64,000 bases of DNA from an uncultured Nitrososphaerota archaeon (lineage in GTDB: Archaea; Thermoproteota; Nitrososphaeria; Conexivisphaerales; DTJL01): positions 288,001-352,000 of the forward strand of contig CAWJIE010000003.1 in assembly GCA_963842885.1 (NCBI GenBank), given 5' to 3'. The notes under the pieces were generated by a model, which did no database searches, had not been told where the DNA came from, and saw only the letters and a program-made list of their open reading frames with translations. Below, piece after piece: positions 1 to 9,870 of this stretch; position 1 is the stretch's first letter, and every line of letters begins with the position of its first letter. The position numbers and the translations under genes are program-made.

Positions 1-316
1 CCTCTCCGAACTTGGCTACGAAGTCTTTCATCAGAAGCGCCTCGCCGCCGGCGGAGCTTATCTTCTGCGCCGCCGAGGCCGTGAAGGCCACGGCGCCCAC
101 GTGCAGCTTCTTGCTGACGTCGCCTTCGCCCAAGACCTTCCCGGGGACGAGGAGGATGCTGCCTTCGGAGGAGACCAAGTCCAGCTTGCCGACGTTGACC
201 TCGACGAGCTGATTGGTCTTCTTGGATAGCATCTTGACGGCCCGCTTGTAGACGGGCTTGCGGGAAGCCTTGGCCGCCGTCTTGACGGCCGCGAGGGCGG
301 AATCTATGTCCAACAT
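1..316 (-). CDS. rpl18e: 50S ribosomal protein L18e (runs off window start)
   Basis: Manual translation MLDIDSALAAVKTAAKASRKPVYKRAVKMLSKK...VEVNVGKLD...LLVPGKVLGEG...KISSAGG; follows rpoD as in archaeal alpha operons. Confidence 0.9.
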   Translation of the reverse strand, partial: MLDIDSALAAVKTAAKASRKPVYKRAVKMLSKKTNQLVEVNVGKLDLVSSEGSILLVPGKVLGEGDVSKKLHVGAVAFTASAAQKISSAGGEALLMKDFVAKFGE

Positions 317-322
317 ATCATA

Positions 323-1133
323 TCACGCACTGATCTTGCTGCCGAGCTCTCCCAGCTGGCGTTGGAGGATCTCAAGGGCCTTGTAGAGGATGACCGTCGC
401 GGGCATGGCCCCGGCCGACTCGACTTCGAGGAAGAAGGAGCCCTCCTTCTCCCTGACGTCGATGAGCTCGGGATACTGCTTGACGCACTCCATGCAGAGG
501 ATGCACTTCGTCTCGTCCGTGACGTGGAGGTTGCCCGACTTCACCTTGAGGATCGAAACAGGGCAGACCGCCTCGATGCCGGCGGCGTCCTGGCCGACCC
601 TGGGCTTCTTGACCATCACCAGCGGGTACGGCTTGAGGACGGAGATGTTCGAGGCCTGCCACTTGGCATGCTCCCAGCCCCGCCCCATGCGGGCGTAGGC
701 TTCTATCTTCAGACGCTGACCTGGGGCCAGCTTGACTATCGGGACGGTGGTGCTGGAAGGTCTTGACGTCAGGGTCCTCCGGGCCCACCAGCTCCCCCGA
801 GAAGACGGTTCGCGCCTCGTCGCCGGCGACGGCGTCCAAGACCAGCATGACGCGGCACTTGGAGCAGCCGGAGGGGCTGCCGCAATCGCAGTCCTCGGGA
901 AGAGGGTACCTGTCGACAGGGGTGTTCAGGGGTATCAGGCCCAATCGGTGGGAGACCACTTCGTCGTATACGTCCGAGGTGTTGTCAAGTATGACGACGT
1001 CGTCTATGGCGAGGACGGGGACCTCGGACAGGGCCAGACGCCGGACGGCGTTGACGAACGACCTTTCGTAGCCTTCGAAAAGAAGCCTGACATGCTTCGG
1101 GTCTTTCTCTATGAGCTTGATGGACTGTGGCAA
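323..1133 (-). CDS. rpoD: DNA-directed RNA polymerase subunit D (Rpo3); frameshift near 760, probably sequencing error
   Basis: VNAVRRLALSEVPVLAIDDV...SHRLGLIPL in one frame, then PIVKLAPGQRLKIEAYARMGRGWEHAKWQ and Fe-S Cys motif CILCMEC in the next. Confidence 0.93.
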
Positions 1134-1148
1134 ACGCCTACACCGGCT

Positions 1149-1569
1149 CTAGGCCCTTCTTCCCCTTCTTCCGCCGGCCTTCCTTGTGGTGTCGTGAGGG
1201 ATGGGCGTGACGTCTTCGATGCGGCCGATCTTGAAGCCGGCGCGAGCGATGGCCCTGATGGCGGCCTGGGCGCCGGGGCCGGGTGTCCTCGGGACCGGTG
1301 CCTCCTACCGCCCTGACCTTGATGTGGACCGCCGTGATGCCCTTGGACTTCGCCAGCGTAGCGACGGCGCTGGCGGACTTCATGGCGGCATATGGGCTGG
1401 ATTCGAGGCGGTCGGCCTTGACGTGCTGGCCGCCGCTGCTGAAGCCGATGGTTTCAGCTCCGGAGAGGTCCGTCATGTGGACTATCGTGTTGTTGAAACT
1501 GCTGAATATGTGGACGAGGCCCCACCTGTCCTCCTTTGGTGCCGCGACCGGCGTCTCTTCTACGCTCAA
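1149..1569 (-). CDS. rps11: 30S ribosomal protein S11; frameshift near 1290
   Basis: [16 protein letters not shown]...SSPYAAM; alternate frame [32 protein letters not shown]...GGRRGRRA*. Confidence 0.95.
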
Positions 1570-1571
1570 CT

Positions 1572-2054
1572 CTAAGCTGCGCCCCCACCGGAGACGAGGA
1601 TGGCGTCCTCTTCCGCCCTGCCGACCAGGTAGTTGGGCTTGGTGACCAGTTTGCCGCTGATCAGTATGTGCCTATGGGACACCAGCTGCCGCGCCTGATG
1701 GGGCGACTTGGCCATGCCCTTCCTCCAGACGAGGGTCTGGAGCCTCCTCTCTAGGAGGTCTTCGACCTTGAGCGAGAGGAGGTCGTCGATGGACGCGTTG
1801 GGGCTTACTAGGCCCAGCCGGACTAGGCGCTCGATCAGGAAGACGCTCTGCTTCTGTCGCACTTCGGGCGGTGCGGCGAGGAGCTCCCTGGCCTGTTTCC
1901 TTATGCGAGAAAGCTCGGTCTCTATCTTCCAGAGCTCCCTCTTGTTCCTAAGACCGTAAGTTCCCACGAGGAAGAGCTCGCGTGAAAGCTCGTCGGCGCT
2001 CCAGGGGTTGCGAGGCGTGGTGTAGGTCCGGCGCGGCTTCCTTGGGTCTCCCAT
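1572..2054 (-). CDS. rps4: 30S ribosomal protein S4
   Basis: [18 protein letters not shown]...[10 protein letters not shown]...LERRLQTLV...[11 protein letters not shown]. Confidence 0.96.
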   Translation of the reverse strand: MGDPRKPRRTYTTPRNPWSADELSRELFLVGTYGLRNKRELWKIETELSRIRKQARELLAAPPEVRQKQSVFLIERLVRLGLVSPNASIDDLLSLKVEDLLERRLQTLVWRKGMAKSPHQARQLVSHRHILISGKLVTKPNYLVGRAEEDAILVSGGGAA

Positions 2055-2060
2055 CTACAT

Positions 2061-2553
2061 CTACTCCTTCTTCTGCGGCCTGGGCGGCGGCATGAGCGGC
2101 GGCCTGGACGGCTGCCTTGCGAACTCCCACCGTCGCTCCCTTCCTGCCCGTGGTCCTGGTCCTCTGGCCCCGGACCTTGAGGCCGAGAGAGTGGCGGACG
2201 CCCTTCCAGCTTCCTACGACCTTCTGGCGGTCGATGTCGCCCTTGATGGAGAAGCTCAAATCGCTTTCGAGGAGATGGTGATCCTCGCCTGTCTCTACGT
2301 CCTTCCGCCTGTTGAACATCCAGACAGGGACTCCCGCCGTGCGGGGGTCACGGACGGCCTTCTCGAGCTCGGCTATCTGCGCGTCCGAAAGCTGGCCCAG
2401 CCGCGCCTTGGATTCGATCTTCAGCTGGTTCGCGATAGCGTTGGCGAGGTCGACGTTCACGCCCTTGATATCCTTCAGGGCTATGGCGACCCTCTTGTAG
2501 CCATTTAGGTCTCTGCCGGCCAGACGGACGATGGGCCGGAACTCTCCTGGCAA
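2061..2553 (-). CDS. rps13: 30S ribosomal protein S13 (3' end approximate; likely terminal frameshift)
   Basis: FRPIVRLAGRDLNG...WMFNRRKD...SWKGVRHSLGLKVRGQRTRTTGR. Confidence 0.95.
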
Positions 2554-2630
2554 ATTCTTCTAACTCCGGTATTGCGTTAAGCCTCTCAAATTGATACCTT
2601 ATATAGCTTTTTCCTCTGACTGTCTGCAAT

Positions 2631-3573
2631 TCAATCGTATCTTGCCAGTACGTCGACGCGGTCGATCTTGCCGTCGCCGTCCTGATCGTAGCCCTTCACG
2701 ACGCGGGCGAAGACATCCTGTCCTGAATAGCCCCCGAGGACCTCCTCCGACTGGCGGGTGAGGCCGATTACGGCGGACTTCGTGCCTTCATGCCTGATGC
2801 CTGCGAGGACTATGACATGGCGGCCATTCTTGAACGGGCTGGGGAGCTTGGCAACGACTGCGTCGGTCTCGCCGTTGAACCTCCTTCCAGCGTCGTCGAT
2901 GAGCCCGGCCCAGTAGTTGGATTCGTCGAAGCGGACGGGGAGGAGCCTGTTGAGTTCTGCTGTGAGGACGTTCGTGGCAGGTCCGCCGAACAGGACGAGG
3001 TTCGCGTCATAGGCTTTCTCGACCTTCACGTCGGTGTCCAGCCTTACAATGAAGTCACCCGAGATAGCAGCCAGCCCCCCCAGGGCGAAGCCAAGCTCAG
3101 CGGAATAGTGGCCATCTCTGGCGGCGGCGCGGAATGGCCCATGGGGCTCGGGCGAGCCCACCACAAGGAACCCGTTGAAGAGGTGGTCTGTCAGGAACTC
3201 GCGGAAGAATGACCCCAGGGCGGAGGGCTTGGTCGTCGGTCTGGTCTCGGTATGAGAGCTACGAAAGAGGACAGCGAGGCCGTCGGACGACGTCGACAGC
3301 TTCTTGGCGACGGCGCCCCGGATTGGTGCGCTTTCGGACGACCTCGAGGAGGCCGGCAGCGATGAGGCGGCGCACGTGGTAGTAGACCGTCTGTTCGCTC
3401 AGGCCGAGCGCCCGCGCCATCTCCCTGGCGTACATCTGTCTTTCAGCGCCGAGCTTGAGAATCCTGAAGGAAAGCGGTGAAGAGAGAGAGGAGATCTGGC
3501 GCGCGTCGTTGAAGAGCTTGACTTTCGAAGAGAAGGTCTCGCCGTCCTTCTCGTAAACTAACTCGCCATCCAA
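2631..3573 (-). CDS. ArsR-like HTH transcriptional regulator with C-terminal putative ligand-binding domain; frameshift near 3330
   Basis: N-terminal wHTH (MYAREMARALGLSEQTVYYHVRRL) joins via one frameshift to VVGSPEPHGPF...NLVLFGGPATN...GYDQDGDGKID; divergent from glmS. Confidence 0.7.
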
Positions 3574-3684
3574 AGGCTTGCCACCGAGGTTGATAATATT
3601 ATGATGTGGTTAATAATGGTTTCTGCACGCCGCGGTTTGGTCGAGCCAAGAGCGCTATGGTCTGATTAATAGTATTGTTTCAGA

Positions 3685-3706
3685 ACCATATATGGTGTTT
3701 TTATAG
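3685..3706 (+). promoter_or_regulatory. Palindrome ACCATATATGGT abutting glmS TATA box
   Basis: Perfect 12-bp palindrome at 3685-3696 directly upstream of TTTTTATAG (3698-3706), about 30 nt before the glmS ATG. Confidence 0.5.
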
Positions 3707-3737
3707 CACAGGGGGGCCTGATGTTGCAGATTCATCA

Positions 3738-5498
3738 ATGTGCGGGATAATCGGCTTCGTCGGACGTGAGGAAGCCGCGCCGATACTGCTCGAAGGGCTC
3801 AAGAGGCTCGAATACAGGGGATACGATTCTGCCGGGATAGTCACCGTGGACGGCGGCTCGTTGAAGGTCGTCAAGGCCGTGGGCACCGTGGATAAACTCG
3901 AAGCGGCCTTGTCCGGCGAAACGCTCGGCGGCTTTGTGGGCATAGCCCACACGAGATGGGCGACCCATGGAGGGGTGACACGTGAGAATGCCCATCCCCA
4001 TACCAGCTGTGACGGCAGCGTGGCTCTCGTTCACAACGGAATCATCGAGAACTTCGCGGAGCTGAAGAGCGAATTGGAAGGAAGGGGTCATGTTTTCAGG
4101 AGCCAGACGGACACGGAAGTCGCGGCTCATCTCCTTGAGGAGTACATCAAGGACGGGATGGACCTTTCGACGGCTGGAGTGGAGCTTTCCTCCACGCTGA
4201 AGGGGCAATTCGCCATCGTCGCAGTGTCGACGAGATTCCCACTCTCCTTGCTCGCCATGAGGAGGAAGGCGCCGCTCATGATCGGGATAGGAAGGGGAGA
4301 GAACATTGTTGCCAGCGACGCCCTTGCGTTCATCGACAGGACGAACAAGGCGATCTTCATGGACGACGACACGGTGGCGGTGGTGAGCAACGGCCCCGAG
4401 GTGAAGCTCTTCAGTGCCTCTGGGCAGACCATAAAGCCGGTGATCGTGGAGGTCGCTCAGGAGCTGTCGATGCCCGACAAGGAGAACTATGAGCACTATA
4501 CGATCAAGGAGATTCACGAGCAGCCGGAGACGGTCAGCCGCGTGCTCGATCAGGACACGGGGACGCTGACTTTCTTCCGCAGGGAGGTCCAGAACGCGAA
4601 AAGGGTGTTCTTCATCGCCTCGGGGAGCAGCTACCACGCCGGGATGCTCGGAAGGCTGTTTCTTTCGGAGAACATGGGGATCTACAGCGAGGTCGTCGTG
4701 GCCAGCGAGTACAAGTCAGTCGAAGGATGGTTCCGCGAAGGCACGGTTGTGATCGCCATATCCCAGAGCGGTGAGACGGCAGACGTGCTGACGGCCGTCG
4801 GTTCCGCCAGGGCCCAAGGGGCCACCGTGATTTCGTTGGTCAACCGATCGCCTTCCACCCTCGAACGATACAGCGACGTGACCTTGAAGCTCAACGCGGG
4901 CACGGAAGTGGGGGTCGCCGCCACCAAGAGCCTGACGGCGCAGGTGGCGCTCCTCTTCAGGGTCAGCAAGAAGGAGTCCGAAGAGGACGAGATAATGGAG
5001 TTGTGTGACGCTCTCGAAACTGTCCTCAAGACGGAGCCCCTTGTGGTTAAGGTTGCAGAAGCCGTCAAGGAAAGCAGGGACGTGTACTTCCTAGGAAGAG
5101 GCCTGAGCTATCCCGTCGCCCTGGAAGGGGCCTTGAAGCTCAAGGAGCTGGCCTACCTCCACGCGGAGGGGCTGGCTGCGGGGGAGCTGAAACATGGACC
5201 CCTGGCCCTGGTGGAGAAGGGGACGCCGCTCGTACTGGTCAACCCGAGAGACGAGACGCACGAAGAGACGCTGTCCAACGGCGCCGAAGTGAAGGCGAGG
5301 GGAGGGGTCATCATCGGGGTCTCGACCGAGAGCAACGGCCTCTACGACTGGTTCATCAAGGTCCCCGAGGCGCCTCGCCAGCTGATGCCCATAGTGGAGA
5401 TCGTCCCGCTGCAGCTCCTCGCGTACCATACGGCCCGGCTGCTCAACGCGGACGTCGACAAGCCGAGGAATCTGGCGAAGTCGGTCACCGTCAAGTAG
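3738..5498 (+). CDS. glmS: Glutamine--fructose-6-phosphate transaminase (isomerizing)
   Basis: MCGIIG N-terminus, LEYRGYDSAG, GIAHTRWATHG, SQSGETAD, ELKHGP, DKPRNLAKSVTVK. Confidence 0.97.
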   Translation: MCGIIGFVGREEAAPILLEGLKRLEYRGYDSAGIVTVDGGSLKVVKAVGTVDKLEAALSGETLGGFVGIAHTRWATHGGVTRENAHPHTSCDGSVALVHNGIIENFAELKSELEGRGHVFRSQTDTEVAAHLLEEYIKDGMDLSTAGVELSSTLKGQFAIVAVSTRFPLSLLAMRRKAPLMIGIGRGENIVASDALAFIDRTNKAIFMDDDTVAVVSNGPEVKLFSASGQTIKPVIVEVAQELSMPDKENYEHYTIKEIHEQPETVSRVLDQDTGTLTFFRREVQNAKRVFFIASGSSYHAGMLGRLFLSENMGIYSEVVVASEYKSVEGWFREGTVVIAISQSGETADVLTAVGSARAQGATVISLVNRSPSTLERYSDVTLKLNAGTEVGVAATKSLTAQVALLFRVSKKESEEDEIMELCDALETVLKTEPLVVKVAEAVKESRDVYFLGRGLSYPVALEGALKLKELAYLHAEGLAAGELKHGPLALVEKGTPLVLVNPRDETHEETLSNGAEVKARGGVIIGVSTESNGLYDWFIKVPEAPRQLMPIVEIVPLQLLAYHTARLLNADVDKPRNLAKSVTVK

Positions 5499-5554
5499 CC
5501 GCACCTGGGGCTCAGGCGCACGTTTATCTTGAAGGCCAACCACCGAATGGTCTC

Positions 5555-5815
5555 GTGAGAGCGAGCCCATCAGCCCAAGGAGGGGCGAAGGCAAGGAGGA
5601 CGGTCGATGCGAGGGGCGCCTACTGCCCGGGTCCGCTCATGGAGCTGATCAAGGCCGTCAGGCAGCAGGAGGTCGGAGACGAGGTCGCGGTCCTCTCGAC
5701 GGACCCCAACAGTGGCAGGGAAATCTCGAACTGGGCGGCCAAGCAAGGACACCAGGTGACGGCCAGGATCATTCACGACGGCTATGCCGAGTACGTCGTG
5801 AAGAAGATTAGGTGA
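5555..5815 (+). CDS. tusA: Sulfurtransferase TusA family protein
   Basis: VDARGAYCPGPLM (CPxP motif), STDP, 86 aa. Confidence 0.88.
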   Translation: MRASPSAQGGAKARRTVDARGAYCPGPLMELIKAVRQQEVGDEVAVLSTDPNSGREISNWAAKQGHQVTARIIHDGYAEYVVKKIR

Positions 5816-5831
5816 GTGGCGACCGGCGCCG

Positions 5832-6378
5832 TCAAGCGTAGTTCCTGACGATGTCTTCGGCGCTGAGAAGGTTGACCCCCAACTTCAGGGACGACTTCAT
5901 GTAATACGATCCCTTTGCGCTGTCCGTGGCAACCCTGCTGAACCCCTTCCATTTGGGCGTTGGCGAAAGCGACGGACACATGTCCTTCATGACCTCCCCT
6001 CCCGACTCCTCGATGGTCTTGATCAGCCCTCTCTTGCTGGCCTCCGAATAGACGCTCCGGGAGAGATGGACGAACATGGGCTTCCTTAGCTTCCTCCCTT
6101 TGAGGTTTCTCGCCAGGTTGGAGACTTCGCGGACAGTGTAAAACGGGCAGCCCAGCAGGATGACCTCAGGGTCGAGGTCGGCGCTGAGCTCGTCCCTGAC
6201 CACCGAAATCTTCGGAGACCTTCTCGAGGCCTCTCGGGGCCTTGTCTAGGAGAACGAACATGGCGGAGGCGCCAGAGGTCCCGACGGCGGCGGCCAGGGC
6301 CTTCAGCTGCGTCGCGTCGCCTTTAATCCCCGTGAAGCCTATGGTCTAGGAGGTGGCCAACGTTGTCCCGACTTGAGG
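5832..6378 (-). pseudogene. Aconitase X (DUF521) large-subunit C-terminal remnant
   Basis: TIGFTGIKGDATQLKALAAAVGTSGASAMF...ILLGCPF...GGEVMKDMC...ATDSAKGSYY; N-terminal half absent (udp stop lies right there), in-frame TAG near 6346, frameshift near 6210. Confidence 0.7.
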
Positions 6379-6379
6379 C

Positions 6380-7217
6380 CTACCCCTTGACGAGAGACGG
6401 GTAGAAGTACCTCTTCTTCCTTCTCGCCATTGACCGCGTCCCACGAAGACAGGATGGGCACGGCACCGTTGGCGACCTCGATGACATCGGCAATACCAGC
6501 CCCGGGGACGAATTCGTTCCGCTCCCTGTTGGCGAGGACGGCGCAGACGGCTCCCGCACGGACTCCATAAAGGCTTGCCAAAGTGAAGATAGTAGAGGAT
6601 TCCATTTCAAAGTTCACAATCCCGGCGGCCTTCGCATCTTCAACGATGTGTGAGGAGGCGTGTGTTGTGTAGCCGTTGAAGCCTGGTCGCCCCTGGCCGA
6701 GGTAGAAGGAGTCCGTGCTGGCCGTGACCCCGACATGGTACCTCTTGCCGAGGACCTCGGCCGACTCAATCAGCGCCTGCAGAACTTCGTAATTGGCCAT
6801 GGCGGGGTAGCCAGGCCAGACGTACTGCCCACTGGTTCCGTCCAGCCTCACGGAGCCTGAGCTAATGACGACGTCGCCGACCTTTACATCGCTGCGCAAG
6901 GCCCCCGTGGAACCCACCCGGATGAGGGTGTTGGCGCCAACCCTCAACAGCTCCTCGACCGCTATGGCGGCGGACGGTCCTCCGATGCCTGTGGAGGTGC
7001 ATGAAACGGGGACCCCTTTGATATCACCCGTGTGAGTCACGTACTCCCTGTGGCGGGCGACCTCTCGGAACCTGCTCCAGCGAGCTGAGATGAGGGGGAC
7101 TCGTTGGGGGTCCCCCGGGAGTAAGACGTATCCGGCCACGTCGCCTGGCTTGCACTGGATATGGTACTGGATTCCGCCAGAGTCTTCAGGCCTGTCTGCC
7201 CGAACTTTCCTGGGCAA
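6380..7217 (-). CDS. udp: Uridine/nucleoside phosphorylase; C-terminal frameshift near 6425
   Basis: QYHI...VLLPGDPQRV...HREY...STGIGGPSAAIAVEEL...RVGSTG...DSFYLGQGR...NFEMES. Confidence 0.92.
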
Positions 7218-7330
7218 TGGCTTCAGATACCCATGATAGAGAACTTCGTGTCCAGCTTAAAAGCTTCGCTAATCCTACGGTCGGCGCAATAGGCTTTAAT
7301 ATCGGACGGCGGGATTCCTGATGAAGCGAC

Positions 7331-7678
7331 ATGGTAGTTTCGGTTCCGCTCTCGATCCTTGATGACCTGACTCACTTGATGTCTGGGAACATAGGCGGCC
7401 TGCCTTCGCTCGCGGTAATGGCCGTGCCGCTGGTAGTCGGGCTGATACTGGGCTACATCGTAAGACGGGTGCTCAAGATTGGACTGATACTCGTGGCCGT
7501 GGCGCTAATCGCCTCTTATTTCGGCTTCGTCAGCCTGAGCGGAATGACCAGCGAGGCCCAGAGCCTGGTGACCAAGTACGGCCCGATAGCCAATTCGTAT
7601 GTCTCGCTCTTCTTCGGCATCATCCCACTGGGCATCGGCCTCGTCATCGGCTTCCTCTTGGGCTTCATCTTCACCTAG
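7331..7678 (+). CDS. Small multi-pass membrane protein, FUN14-like
   Basis: Three hydrophobic segments; GLILGYIVRRVLKIGLIL and C-terminal GLVIGFLLGF resemble FUN14-family patterns. Confidence 0.55.
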   Translation: MVVSVPLSILDDLTHLMSGNIGGLPSLAVMAVPLVVGLILGYIVRRVLKIGLILVAVALIASYFGFVSLSGMTSEAQSLVTKYGPIANSYVSLFFGIIPLGIGLVIGFLLGFIFT

Positions 7679-7760
7679 GTCCGGACGCCTTCCGTCTGTT
7701 TCTTGCAGTCTTACCTCTAAGCCGGACGAGCGACGAGATAGTACGAGAAGCCGTGGTATG

Positions 7761-7834
7761 CATTCTATTGAGAATGGACATGGTAACAAGTGTATGTGAG
7801 TAAGCCTTATTATCATATTAGAAGATGCTAATAT
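7761..7834 (+). promoter_or_regulatory. Promoter with two inverted-repeat operator candidates upstream of dsrE-tusA-sqr-arsR
   Basis: CATTCT-ATTG-AGAATG at 7761-7776; TATA-like TTATTAT at 7807-7813; ATATTAG-AAGATG-CTAATAT at 7815-7834. Confidence 0.6.
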
Positions 7835-7848
7835 CAGCGATAAGAGAT

Positions 7849-8349
7849 ATGGCCCAAGTATCAGCCGTAAAGAGGGAGGACAAGACGGAGAAGCAAGAAA
7901 GGCTGCTCATCATTTTGTCGAAAGGGACGATGGACATGGTCGCCCCCGCTTTGATGATCGCCACTACTGGCGCCACCATGGGGAAGGAGGTCCACATGTT
8001 CTTCACCTTCTGGGGGATGAATGCCATTAACAAGAAGACCATCGGAAACCTGAAGGTGGCCCCAGTTGGAAACCCCGGGCTGCCGATCCCCAACATTCTT
8101 GGGATAATCCCCGGGATGACCGCCATGGCCACGGGCATGATGAAGGGCAAGATGGAGAAGGCCAAGATTCCGTCCATCCCTGACATGTTCAAGATGGCCA
8201 AGGACCTGGGCGTCAAGCTGCACGCCTGCTCGACGACGCTGGAGGTCATGGGCATAAACAAGGAGGACTTCATCCCAGAGGTCGACGATATGGTGGGCGC
8301 CGCTACGATGCTGGAGCTGGGCGAAGGCGGCCAAATCCTCTTCATCTAG
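7849..8349 (+). CDS. DsrE/DsrF/DrsH-like sulfur carrier protein
   Basis: LLIILSKGTMD...VHMFFTFWGM...LHACSTT...DDMVGAATML...ILFI. Confidence 0.9.
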   Translation: MAQVSAVKREDKTEKQERLLIILSKGTMDMVAPALMIATTGATMGKEVHMFFTFWGMNAINKKTIGNLKVAPVGNPGLPIPNILGIIPGMTAMATGMMKGKMEKAKIPSIPDMFKMAKDLGVKLHACSTTLEVMGINKEDFIPEVDDMVGAATMLELGEGGQILFI

Positions 8350-8352
8350 GCG

Positions 8353-8607
8353 ATGGGAATGTCAGCTGAAGGGACAAGAAAGGTCGTCGACTCCAGAGGG
8401 AGCTTCTGCCCCGGACCCATTACCGACCTGTTCAAGGCCTACAGGAACGCACAGCTTGGGGACGTTATAGAGCTTCTGGCCACCGACCCGGCGGCCAAGA
8501 GCGACGTGTCGGCCTGGGCCAGGAAGAGCGGGAACGAGCTCGTCGAAATCGTGGACGAGAAGGACTACATCCGCCTCGTAGTGAAGATAACCAAGAAGGG
8601 AAGGTAG
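8353..8607 (+). CDS. tusA: Sulfurtransferase TusA family protein
   Basis: VDSRGSFCPGPITDL, ATDP, 84 aa. Confidence 0.9.
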   Translation: MGMSAEGTRKVVDSRGSFCPGPITDLFKAYRNAQLGDVIELLATDPAAKSDVSAWARKSGNELVEIVDEKDYIRLVVKITKKGR

Positions 8608-8614
8608 ACCCCAC

Positions 8615-9853
8615 CTGCAGAAAGTGGTCATCGTAGGCTCCGGAACAGGAGGTACTTTCACAGCGAACCTCCTGGCCAAGGGGCTCAAGCGGAAGGTTCG
8701 CTCCGGAGAGGTGTCGGTAGAGCTTGTGGGCGAAAGCCCCCGCCATTCATTTCAGCCGGCGAACCTCGACATAGCCTTCAAGGGAGCCTCCTCGGAAGGC
8801 CGCGACAGGGCAGAGGAGGAGCTATTGGTCAAGGGCGTGACCTTCGTGAATGATCCCGCCGAAAAGGTCGACTTGAAGGAGAAGGCAGTGACCACTAAGA
8901 GAGGGAGGGAGCTGAGCTACGACTACCTGGTCATCGCGACGGGAGCCGTGGCCGACCCGGGCAAGCTTCCTGGGCTTGCGGAGGACTCACTGAACTTCCA
9001 CACGGGCCCCAAAGACTCTCAAAAGATCTGGGAGGCACTCCAGACGTTCAACGGCGGCAAGCTGGTCCTCGCCATAGCCGGTACCCCCCACAAATGCCCC
9101 CCCTCCCCGAATGAAGCGGCTTTCATGATGGATGAGCTGTTCAGGGCCAGGGGGATTCGCGAGAAGACGGACATCAAGTTCCTCACGCCGTATCCAAGGG
9201 CCTACCCGGCGGAGAAGCTCTCCAAGGTGGTGGCCCCGCTCTTCGAAGAAAGGGGAATCGAAGTCGTGCCCTTCTTCAACGTGGATTCGGTGGACCCGTC
9301 GCAGCACAAGATCTACTCCCTTGAGGGAGAGTCATTCGACTACGACCTCCTTATTGCGGTCCCGCCGCACCACGGCGCCGACGTAATCCTCAAGAGCGGC
9401 ATTGGCGACGAGGACGGCTGGATACCTACCGACAAGGACACGATGAGAATCAAGGGCTTCAAGGACGCATATGCAATCGGAGACGCCACTGACATACCTG
9501 TGTCCAAGTCGGGAGTGGTGGCGCACCTCCAGTCTATAGTCGTGGCCAAGAACATCCTCTCTTCGATAGACGGGTCGTCGGAGCTGCTCAGATACAACGG
9601 AAGGATCAACTGCCCAATGGAGGTGGGCCACCGGAAAGCCATCTTCGTGTCGGCGACCTATACATCTCCACCCGAGGACCAAACGCCATCCACGATCAAA
9701 TACCTGGAGAAGAAGTCCTTCGGCTTGCTGTACTGGAGGGCGCTCAACGGCAGCCTAGAGCCGATCTTCGACATCTTCTTTGGGCAGACGAGGTTCCCAG
9801 TCGTCCCCGAGAAACAGCAAAAAGAGGAAGTGGCGGTGGTGAAGACATCCTGA
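8615..9853 (+). CDS. sqr: Sulfide:quinone oxidoreductase-like flavoprotein (type III-like); possible CTG start
   Basis: KVVIVGSGTGG FAD motif, YDYLVIATG, KCPPSP and INCPME cysteines, AIGDATD. Confidence 0.82.
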   Translation: MQKVVIVGSGTGGTFTANLLAKGLKRKVRSGEVSVELVGESPRHSFQPANLDIAFKGASSEGRDRAEEELLVKGVTFVNDPAEKVDLKEKAVTTKRGRELSYDYLVIATGAVADPGKLPGLAEDSLNFHTGPKDSQKIWEALQTFNGGKLVLAIAGTPHKCPPSPNEAAFMMDELFRARGIREKTDIKFLTPYPRAYPAEKLSKVVAPLFEERGIEVVPFFNVDSVDPSQHKIYSLEGESFDYDLLIAVPPHHGADVILKSGIGDEDGWIPTDKDTMRIKGFKDAYAIGDATDIPVSKSGVVAHLQSIVVAKNILSSIDGSSELLRYNGRINCPMEVGHRKAIFVSATYTSPPEDQTPSTIKYLEKKSFGLLYWRALNGSLEPIFDIFFGQTRFPVVPEKQQKEEVAVVKTS

Positions 9854-9870
9854 GGGCCAAGGGAGTGACC

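Noticed and set aside
5815-5831. GTGGCGACCGGCGCC as a duplicated att site of the tRNA-Ser 3' end
   Set aside because: The match is short and gapped, as expected by chance at this GC content
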